From positions 1-32,937 of the forward strand of contig NZ_JAIFKJ010000082.1 of NCBI RefSeq assembly GCF_019695415.1: a DNA stretch of 32,937 bases. The letters are read 5' to 3'. Position 1 is the first letter of the stretch. Each line of letters starts with the position of its first letter. The position numbers were made by a program, and so were the translations under genes. Shown one piece after another: positions 8,697 to 15,744 of the stretch. A model generated the notes under the pieces. It was not told the DNA's origin and made no database searches. It was given only the letters and a program-made list of their open reading frames with translations. Source of the DNA: Thiohalocapsa sp. GTDB taxonomy: Bacteria; Pseudomonadota; Gammaproteobacteria; Chromatiales; Chromatiaceae.

Positions 8697-9281
8697 TCAG
8701 CCCGGTCCCGCCGCCTCGGCTGCGCCCGTGCGCAGCAGGGCTTCGGCGCGGTAGAGGCCGATCAACGTCTTGGCATCGGTGATGGTTCCGTCGGCGCAAC
8801 GAGCGATTGCGTCTGCCAGTGGCAGCCAGTGCACCTCAATGACCTCGTCCGCCTCGTGGCCCAGGTCCACTTCGCTCAGTCCCTGGGCCAGAAACAGATG
8901 GATCACCTCGGCGAAGACACCGGGGGATGAGTGCATGCGCCCGAGCGAGGCCCAGCTGGCGGCCACCAGACCCGCCTCTTCGGCCAGTTCCCGCTCGGCT
9001 GTTGCCGCCGGCGGCTCGCCGACATCGATCTTGCCCGCCGGCAGCTCCCAAAGCCAGCCACCGGCCACATGGCGATACTGCCGCAGCAGGCAGACCCGTC
9101 CGTGGTCGTCGATCGCGACGGCGGCGGCGCCACCGGGATGGCGGATGACCTCCAATTCCACATCACGGCCAGTGGGCAAGCGCACGCGCTCCAGACCGAC
9201 GTCCACCACCTTGCCCTGAAACACAGTACGGCGGTTCTCGTCGGCGCCGAGATCAGTGGCGGGAGTGTCGATAGGCGCCAT
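8697..9281 (-). CDS. Nudix hydrolase (ADP-ribose/ADP-sugar pyrophosphatase, NudF-like)
   Basis: Nudix box GKIDVGEPPAATAERELAEEAG, plus RQYR, SSPG and ITDAKT. A GGAGGT RBS precedes ATG 9281. Confidence 0.9.
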   Translation of the reverse strand: MAPIDTPATDLGADENRRTVFQGKVVDVGLERVRLPTGRDVELEVIRHPGGAAAVAIDDHGRVCLLRQYRHVAGGWLWELPAGKIDVGEPPAATAERELAEEAGLVAASWASLGRMHSSPGVFAEVIHLFLAQGLSEVDLGHEADEVIEVHWLPLADAIARCADGTITDAKTLIGLYRAEALLRTGAAEAAGPG

Positions 9282-9330
9282 AGGGACCTCCTGCGTCCCG
9301 TGGGGGAAGGTTGCGAGACGCAGCCCCATG

Positions 9331-10152
9331 CTACCAGCCTACGGCATCGGGTAGTGACGAAGGTGCCGCGGCGGCCGTCTCGTCGTGGCCATCCTGCACC
9401 ACAGGCGCCATACGCCTGGGCCGCTGTTCCAGCGCAAAGCGCTCGCCGGAGCGTGCAATGCGCAGACCCTGCGCGGCGAGCTCCGTACCCGCCTCCGGCG
9501 ATTCGTAGTGGTAGAGGACCATTCGCACGAGCTGCTCCGGCTTATATTCGCGCCGCAGGTCTTCCAGCCCGGTGTGGGACGGATTGCTGCGTAGAGCGCA
9601 GTCGTGGAAGATCCACTCGCCGCGGGCCGCATAGCGATTCAGGATTTCCGGGATCGGCCTCGTATCCCCGCTGAACAGAAAAAGGCCTTCCAGGGCCAGC
9701 CCAAACGCTGACAAGTGCTGATGGTGGCGCACCGGAAAGACGCTGAACTGCAGCTGGCGGTGCCAGAAGCTCTCGGAGACCGGCACCAATTGAAAGACGT
9801 CCCAGAAATTGCTGCCACCCTCCGCCAGCAGATTCGGATAGTCCGCCAAGCGTCGCTGCAGGGTCGGAAGCAGCGGTACCGGCACGTAGAGCTTGACCGG
9901 CGCCGTCGCTGGACCGGTGGCGAGCTTGTAGTACAACCCCTCAAGCCCGCCGATGTGGTCCAAATGCGCATGGGTGATAAACAGCGCAGGGGGCAACCGG
10001 CGGTAAGTCGCCGTGAACGCATCGAGCGTCGCCGGGCCACAGTCGATAAGCAGCTCCGGCGCGCCAGCCATCTCGAGCACGGCGGCGGAGGAGCCGAGCG
10101 ACAGGGCGCGGGCATTGCCCACGCCAAGGAAATTCAGAGCGAGGTCCATCAT
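9331..10152 (-). CDS. MBL-fold metallo-hydrolase (RNase Z / phosphodiesterase-like); start may be 10149, 10152 or 10236
   Basis: FLGVG, LLIDCG, THAHLDH (HxHxDH), VRH, FSGDT, FHDC, SHT and LYHY. Confidence 0.85.
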   Translation of the reverse strand: MMDLALNFLGVGNARALSLGSSAAVLEMAGAPELLIDCGPATLDAFTATYRRLPPALFITHAHLDHIGGLEGLYYKLATGPATAPVKLYVPVPLLPTLQRRLADYPNLLAEGGSNFWDVFQLVPVSESFWHRQLQFSVFPVRHHQHLSAFGLALEGLFLFSGDTRPIPEILNRYAARGEWIFHDCALRSNPSHTGLEDLRREYKPEQLVRMVLYHYESPEAGTELAAQGLRIARSGERFALEQRPRRMAPVVQDGHDETAAAAPSSLPDAVGW

Positions 10153-10237
10153 GGGTTGAAACAGCTTGCGGCGGTAAGCGCGCTCGTCCCGCTGCGGCGG
10201 GATCTGAAGTCGGGCCGGAAATGCGTAGGAGACCATT

Positions 10238-10437
10238 ACCTGCCCGATGACCTAGGGAAGCGCCGATTTATTGGTGCTTCCCGTGCGGGGCAGGACGCCC
10301 CGCCATTTTCGGCGACGCAAGTCGCTGAAAATGAGGGAGCCGGGAAACCGCCCAACCTCTGCACAAGCCCGGCTCCGTCTGATTTTTGGGCAAAATGCCC
10401 CGGAAGTCAGTCTCACCCTAGGTTAGATGGGGCCGGT
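10238..10437 (+). ncRNA. Candidate structured non-coding RNA (five hairpins closed by a long-range helix), family unassigned
   Basis: Helices at 10255-10282, 10285-10303, 10304-10333, 10336-10376 and 10379-10410 are enclosed by 10248-10257/10416-10425. The element has a GCAA tetraloop, and its non-Watson-Crick positions are G-U on the + strand. Confidence 0.6.
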
Positions 10438-10536
10438 TTACACGTCATCGATGGCTGAGACCCCGGCGAGGCCGCTGGGTGCCCCGGCAAGCGTGGCGTG
10501 TGTCATCCCGCCCCCTGGGTTTCGGCTACTTTGGGA

Positions 10537-10570
10537 AGCATACTGGGCGGAGATGACAGGGAGGTTGCGG
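10537..10570 (-). promoter_or_regulatory. Candidate leftward Pho box with -10 element
   Basis: The minus strand reads CCGCAAC-CTCC-CTGTCAT-N10-TATGCT, with one perfect CTGTCAT half-site. Confidence 0.4.
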
Positions 10571-10595
10571 CGCGCTCATCGTGGCCAAGAGCCGC

Positions 10596-10629
10596 AGGTA
10601 ACCTATCCGTAACGGGCCGGCAATAAAAT
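10596..10629 (+). promoter_or_regulatory. Pho box with -10 element of phoBR (autoregulatory promoter)
   Basis: AGGTAAC-CTAT-CCGTAAC has GTAAC repeated at an 11-bp period. It is followed by exactly 10 nt and then TAAAAT (10624-10629), the geometry of E. coli PhoB promoters. Confidence 0.7.
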
Positions 10630-10666
10630 CCGCTGCCGACACGGCATCAGCTTGTACGGGAGCGAC

Positions 10667-11347
10667 ATGGCCACGGTACTGATCGTCGACGACGAGCCCG
10701 ATATCCGGGAAGTGATTCGTTTTGCGCTGGAAGAAAGCAGCTTTCGCGTGCTCGAAGCGGGCCACGCAGACGATGCACGCAAGCTCCTCGCCGAGCAGCC
10801 AGATCTGGTACTGCTGGACTGGATGTTGCCGGGACGCTCCGGCCTGGAGCTCGCCGAGCAGCTAAAACAGAATCCGAAGACCCGCAGCGTGCCCATCATC
10901 ATGATATCGGCACGCGGCGAGGAAGAGGACCGCATTAAGGGACTCGATACCGGTGCCGATGACTACATCACGAAGCCCTTCTCACCGCGGGAGATGGTTG
11001 CGCGGGTTAATGCGGTGCTGCGGCGTGCCAAACCGGGCGAGATCGCCGACGAGATCGAGATTGCGGGGCTCACCATCGACAACGTGAGTCACCGCGTCAG
11101 CGCCAATGGCAAGCCCATCGAGATCGCACCCACGGAGTACCGCTTGCTGCACTTCTTCATGACCCATGCCGACCGCGCCTTCAGCCGCTCACAGTTGCTG
11201 GACCAGGTTTGGGGCGACCGAGTCTACGTGGAGGAGCGCACGGTGGACGTCCATGTGCGCCGACTGCGCAAAGCGCTGGAACAGACAGGGCACGAAAACC
11301 TGTTGCAAACCGTGCGCGGCGTGGGCTATCGGTTCTCCGGCAAGTGA
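10667..11347 (+). CDS. phoB: Phosphate regulon response regulator PhoB
   Basis: LIVDDE, LLDWMLPGRSG, GADDYITKPFSPRE, PTEYRLLHFFMTH and VWGDRVYVEERTVDVHVRRLRKAL. GGGAG RBS upstream. Confidence 0.95.
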   Translation: MATVLIVDDEPDIREVIRFALEESSFRVLEAGHADDARKLLAEQPDLVLLDWMLPGRSGLELAEQLKQNPKTRSVPIIMISARGEEEDRIKGLDTGADDYITKPFSPREMVARVNAVLRRAKPGEIADEIEIAGLTIDNVSHRVSANGKPIEIAPTEYRLLHFFMTHADRAFSRSQLLDQVWGDRVYVEERTVDVHVRRLRKALEQTGHENLLQTVRGVGYRFSGK

Positions 11348-11437
11348 GGACGCCGCACACCGCCGCAGACCCTCCGCCGATCAGGCCCGAGCCGACGACG
11401 GAAACCCACCCCGCACGGCCGCGGAGCCACGGCTGAG

Positions 11438-12766
11438 ATGCGCGCGGGGGCCGTCGGCTTCGAGCTCAGCGTGCTGCTCGCCGGTGTTTTGCTGGCAGGC
11501 ATGCTGCACCTGGTTGGTATGGCGCTGGCGCAAGCGCTGCTCTTGGTGATCGCGGTCTATTTGGCCCGCCACATCTACCTGCTCTGGCGGCTGGCCCGGT
11601 TCATTCAGCGTCAGCATCGGCTGGCACCGCCCTTCCCTCTCGGCCTGTGGGGCGAGCTCTATCGCGCCGTTGGGCGCTACCAGCAGCGCTCACGCAAGGG
11701 TCGCAAGCGCCAGCTCCGCTTTCAGCGGCGCTTCCGTGAGGCGGCCAATTCGGTGCCGGACGCCCTCGTGGTGCTTAGTAAGAGTCAGCGCATCGAATGG
11801 GCGAACCCCGCCGCCGCCATATTGCTCGGTGTGAATTGGCCCGAGCACGAGGGACGGCTCCTCACCGAGGTCTGCAACCAAAGTGGTCTCCGCGACTACC
11901 TGGATACGGGCGACTATGGCCGCCCCCTGGAGGTGGCCGCAGAGCACGACCAGTCCACCATGCTCTCCATCCGGGTGGCACCCTTCGGCGAGCGTAAGCG
12001 TCAGCGTCTAGTGGTGGGCAGGGACATCACGAAGATCTTCCACCTCAACATGATCCGGCGGGACTTCGTGGCCAATGCTTCCCACGAGCTGCGCACACCG
12101 CTGACCGTCATTGCGGGCTTCGTCGAGAACCTCGCGAGCTCTGCGCTGACGCCTGAGCCGCATCGCCGGCCGCTAAGCTTGATGGAGAAGCAGACCAACC
12201 GCATGCGCAGCATCATCGAGGATCTGCTGACGCTGTCACGGCTGGAGTTGGAGGACACGGCGGGCAACGTGGCGACCGTGAATATGCCGCAGGAGATCGA
12301 CCAAGTTGTGGCAGACGCCCGCACGCTGAGTAACGGCGGCCACGAGATCGCCTTAGATCTCGACCGAGATCTGATGCTGATCGGCAACCAGTCCGAGCTG
12401 CGCAGCGCTGTCTCGAACTTGGTTTTCAACGCAGTCAAGCATACGCCCGCCGGCAGCCATGTCCATGTGGCTTGGGAGGATGACTCGGCCGGTCCGGTAT
12501 TCCGTGTCGCAGATGACGGCCCCGGAATCGACCCTGAGCATATCCCGCGAGTCACCGAACGTTTCTACCGCGTGGACAAAGCGCGCTCACGGGAATCTGG
12601 CGGCACCGGACTTGGGCTCGCCATCGTTAAACACGTCCTAAATCATCACGGCGCCGTCCTGAGCATCGCGAGCGAGCCCGGCAGCGGCAGTACTTTTACC
12701 TGCCGTTTTCCGCCGGAGAGCCGACTCAGGCGCCAGCAGCAACCGCATTCGGCGCAGGCGCTCTAG
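11438..12766 (+). CDS. phoR: Phosphate regulon sensor histidine kinase PhoR
   Basis: N-terminal transmembrane segment, PAS (IEWANPAA), H-box DFVANASHELRTPLT, NLVFNAVKH and ERFYRVDKARSRESGGTGLGLAIVKH. Confidence 0.95.
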   Translation: MRAGAVGFELSVLLAGVLLAGMLHLVGMALAQALLLVIAVYLARHIYLLWRLARFIQRQHRLAPPFPLGLWGELYRAVGRYQQRSRKGRKRQLRFQRRFREAANSVPDALVVLSKSQRIEWANPAAAILLGVNWPEHEGRLLTEVCNQSGLRDYLDTGDYGRPLEVAAEHDQSTMLSIRVAPFGERKRQRLVVGRDITKIFHLNMIRRDFVANASHELRTPLTVIAGFVENLASSALTPEPHRRPLSLMEKQTNRMRSIIEDLLTLSRLELEDTAGNVATVNMPQEIDQVVADARTLSNGGHEIALDLDRDLMLIGNQSELRSAVSNLVFNAVKHTPAGSHVHVAWEDDSAGPVFRVADDGPGIDPEHIPRVTERFYRVDKARSRESGGTGLGLAIVKHVLNHHGAVLSIASEPGSGSTFTCRFPPESRLRRQQQPHSAQAL

Positions 12767-12873
12767 AGACGCCGTGCCGGCATTCGGCAGCGTGCTTGCT
12801 TCAGGCGGCGCCACAGCAACGGCCACGTCACACTCCTGCAGCGCGCCCCTGTCGGCCGGCTTTGCAGCGCTGT

Positions 12874-13107
12874 TTAGCCGCTCGCTTGAGAAGGGGTCAG
12901 GGCCTTGATGGACAGCGCATGCAGCTCGCCGCTGGCGATCTGCGGCTTCACGGTATCCATAACCATGCGCTGCTTCTTGATGGGCGTCAGACCGTCGAAG
13001 GCGTTGCTCACGACGACGGCCTCGAAATGCGCACCGTCACCGGTGACTGAAACCTCAGCACCTGGGAGACCGGCGCGGATGAGGGCTGCGACTGCTTCTG
13101 GCTCCAT
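12874..13107 (-). CDS. ibaG: BolA/IbaG family protein
   Basis: 77 aa with VTGDGAHFEAVVVSNAFDG, KKQRMV and IASGELHALSIKALTP. Confidence 0.85.
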   Translation of the reverse strand: MEPEAVAALIRAGLPGAEVSVTGDGAHFEAVVVSNAFDGLTPIKKQRMVMDTVKPQIASGELHALSIKALTPSQASG

Positions 13108-13337
13108 GGAGTATTGTCTCGCTTTGCGGTGGTGGCGGCGGCCGTCCGCCGCTGTCGAGATCGCAACATGGGGCAGGTGGAGCGCGGCTCCAAGCGCGCC
13201 TCGCACTCTCAGATCACAGCTCCGCGATGGTAGCGGCGGCGCGCCCATGCAAGCAGGTCTGTGCCGTACAGTCTCGCCTGCACAGGTCGCCGCGGGCGGG
13301 AGGAAATTCGGTCGACGCGGGCGGCGCCCAACGCCAG

Positions 13338-13373
13338 AGATCTCCGGCCCGCCGCGGTGGCGACCGGAGATCT
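13338..13373. other. Stem-loop downstream of the hns-like gene (possible terminator or stabiliser)
   Basis: agatctccgg (13338-13347) pairs with ccggagatct (13364-13373), with an inner cgcc/ggcg stem. There is no U-tract. Confidence 0.45.
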
Positions 13374-13429
13374 AGGTGACTTGATAGCTGCGGCGCTGAC
13401 AGACTGCGCGCGCGGCGGGCTGACTGGGG

Positions 13430-13825
13430 TCAGTCTTTGAGGGCCTGCAGATAATTGGCTTTGAACGCCTCACGATCCTCCCTGACGGACGGGTCGTAAC
13501 CCTGCGCCGACATCTTTTCCTTCATCCATTTGGGAAGGACGCCACGAACATACACGTTCTCGGGATTTTCCGGATCAACGTAGCGGACGTAGTTGCGGTT
13601 GCCCTTCTTGGCAGCCGTGGCACGACGACGCTTCGGAGCGACCAGATCCAGGATTTCGTCCACATCGTAGCCGCGGCTTTCGACCAACTGCCGTATTTCC
13701 TGAGCAAGCTCCGCCTTGGCCTCGTGCCAGCGCTGATAGAGCGCCTTTTCGAGATCCACCTTGCTTTGCTCGACCTGCTGCAACTGCGCCTGCAACTCCT
13801 CAACACTGAGATTCTTGTACTCCAA
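13430..13825 (-). CDS. H-NS family nucleoid-associated protein with an atypical DNA-binding motif
   Basis: LSVEEL coiled-coil N-terminus, basic linker PKRRRATAAKK and C-terminal YVDPENPENVYVRGVLPKWM. GGAGGT (13835-13830) favours a TTG start at 13825. Confidence 0.8.
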   Translation of the reverse strand: MEYKNLSVEELQAQLQQVEQSKVDLEKALYQRWHEAKAELAQEIRQLVESRGYDVDEILDLVAPKRRRATAAKKGNRNYVRYVDPENPENVYVRGVLPKWMKEKMSAQGYDPSVREDREAFKANYLQALKD

Positions 13826-13980
13826 AATAACCTCCAACTACGAATGCACTGAATATTGGTAAGCGTGCTGGGATGAGTGTGTTGGCGCTTGTGCTGCGCC
13901 TTGCACACACCGGTGAGCCTTTGGGAGTCGACAACGAAAGTGAGCACGCTTGCTCCGGATGTTGCCGACAAGTGGCCGAG

Positions 13981-14008
13981 ACTTTATAGCAAGCAAAAAA
14001 AAAGTCAA
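13981..14008 (-). promoter_or_regulatory. Sigma70-type promoter upstream of the hns-like gene
   Basis: The minus strand reads TTGACT-N16-TAAAGT with an overlapping extended -10 (TGcTATAAA). The spacer is T-rich and lies in a locally AT-rich patch. Confidence 0.55.
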
Positions 14009-14252
14009 TAGCCACCATCACCGTCAAAAGTCAAGTTGCGCTGCGTGTGCTCGTCAGTCTGACGCGCCACCTCGGTCAATGCAAAGCTCATCGACGCCAT
14101 GGAGAAGAAACTGCTCCAACCACCCCGGCATAGTACTGGCAAGCCTGGCTGCCGGCTGGATCAGTCGTTGCTAGGCTGCACGCCATTCATGGAATGAGCG
14201 TCGGCATGACAGGCTCAGTATGCGGGGGATTACAGCACCCGCTGCGTTCCCT

Positions 14253-15614
14253 TCAGAGCAGAAAGAAGGTCGCCAGCCCCAAAAAGGCGAGGAAACCCAC
14301 AACATCGGTCACCGTCGTCAGAATGACACCCCCAGCAAGTGCCGGGTCGATACCGAGGCGATCGAGCAGCAATGGCAGCAGGGCACCTGAGAAGGTTGCG
14401 GCGAGCAGGTTGATGGTGATCGCGGCGGCGATGATGAGCGCGATATCGGTACTGCCGAACCAGTACCATGCGACGGCCGCCACCACCAATGACCAGACGA
14501 CGCTGTTGATCACTGAGACAGCCAGCTCCTTGGTCAGCAGCCAGCGCATGTTCTTGGCGCTGAGATGACCCAGCGCAATACCACGGATTGCAAGCGTCAA
14601 GGTCTGAGTCCCCGCGATGCCGCCCATGCTGGCCACCACCGGCATCAGCACGGCCAGCGCAACGACCTGCTGGATGGTGGCTTCGAAACGGCCGATGACC
14701 CAGGCGGCGAGGAAGGCGGTCAGTAGGTTGACGCCAAGCCACAAAGCCCGCCGACGCGCGCTGAGGAGCACCGGCGCGAACATGTCCTCCGTTTCGCTGA
14801 GACCGGCCTGTCCCATGAACTGATGCTCTGCCTCTTCACGGATCAGATCCATGACGTCATCCACCGTGACGCGGCCGAGCAAGAGCCCGTCTTCATCGAC
14901 CACAGGCGCCGACACGAGGTCAAGCTGCTCGAAGCGGTTGGCCACGTCACGCGCGTCCAGGGTTGCCTGCATGGGCTGCACCTGGAGCGTCATGACCTCG
15001 GCGACGGAGTCGTCCAAATCGTTGGTGAGCAAATCAGTGAGATAGAGCACGCCCAGATAACGGCCCTGTCGATTGACGACGATGAGGTTGTCGGTGAGAT
15101 CGGGCAGGCCCTCCTTAAGCCGCCGCAGGTAACGCATGACCACATCCAGGGTGACCTCCGGGCGCACGGTCACCATATCCGTATTCATGAGGCCGCCCGC
15201 GGTGTCCTCCGGGAAGGCCAGTGCAGTCTCCAGGCGCTCGCGGCGCTGCTCGTCGAGCGAGCGCAGCACCTCGCGCGTGATGGTCGCCGGCAGGTCCTGC
15301 ACCAGATCGGCGAGATCATCCGTCTCCAGCCCATCCAGCGCTGCGAGAATCCGGCTGGGGGCCATATCCCGTAACAGCTCGTCCCGCAGGTCATCATTCA
15401 GGTAGAGGAGCACCTCGCCCTCGACCTCGTCGTCCACCATTCCCCAGACCACCTTGCGCTGCTGCGGGGGCAGGGATTGCAGCACGTGGGCCATTTCGGC
15501 CGGGTGCAGAGCATTCAGCATGCGCGTAGCCTTCACCACAGAGCCGGACTTCAACACCGCATGCAGGGCGTCGAGGCGGTCTGTCTCCGGGGCGGTCATG
15601 GCTTCGGCGTTCAT
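14253..15614 (-). CDS. mgtE: Magnesium transporter MgtE
   Basis: LHPAEMA, EDTAGGLM, a CBS pair, GRVTVDD, MPVVASMGGIAGTQT and DPALAGGVILTTVTDVVG. The start could be 15614 or 15599. Confidence 0.95.
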   Translation of the reverse strand: MNAEAMTAPETDRLDALHAVLKSGSVVKATRMLNALHPAEMAHVLQSLPPQQRKVVWGMVDDEVEGEVLLYLNDDLRDELLRDMAPSRILAALDGLETDDLADLVQDLPATITREVLRSLDEQRRERLETALAFPEDTAGGLMNTDMVTVRPEVTLDVVMRYLRRLKEGLPDLTDNLIVVNRQGRYLGVLYLTDLLTNDLDDSVAEVMTLQVQPMQATLDARDVANRFEQLDLVSAPVVDEDGLLLGRVTVDDVMDLIREEAEHQFMGQAGLSETEDMFAPVLLSARRRALWLGVNLLTAFLAAWVIGRFEATIQQVVALAVLMPVVASMGGIAGTQTLTLAIRGIALGHLSAKNMRWLLTKELAVSVINSVVWSLVVAAVAWYWFGSTDIALIIAAAITINLLAATFSGALLPLLLDRLGIDPALAGGVILTTVTDVVGFLAFLGLATFFLL

Positions 15615-15744
15615 GGCGGCTCCGACGGCGGCGGCAATAGAGAAAGGCAGGCGCAAGGGCGCCTGCGCGGGCGGCCGCGCAGTTTAGCAGCCCGACTGCC
15701 GCGCCCGCAGCGCAGCGCGGTGCATGCCTTCGTGGAGAACGCTG

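Noticed and set aside
10336-10376. GAGCCGG...CCGGCTC resembling group II intron domain V
   Set aside because: It lacks the distal stem with GNRA loop and the 2-nt bulge. There is no domain VI end or reverse transcriptase nearby.
10428-10500. GGGG...GCTGAGA...CCCC resembling the 5' half of a TPP riboswitch
   Set aside because: The conserved 3' half (CCUGAU...GCGNAGGGA) is absent and no thiamine gene follows.
12785-12801. GG-N10-GC sigma54-like motif
   Set aside because: It is a weak match to TGGCACG, lies downstream of phoR and points into the 3' end of a convergent gene.
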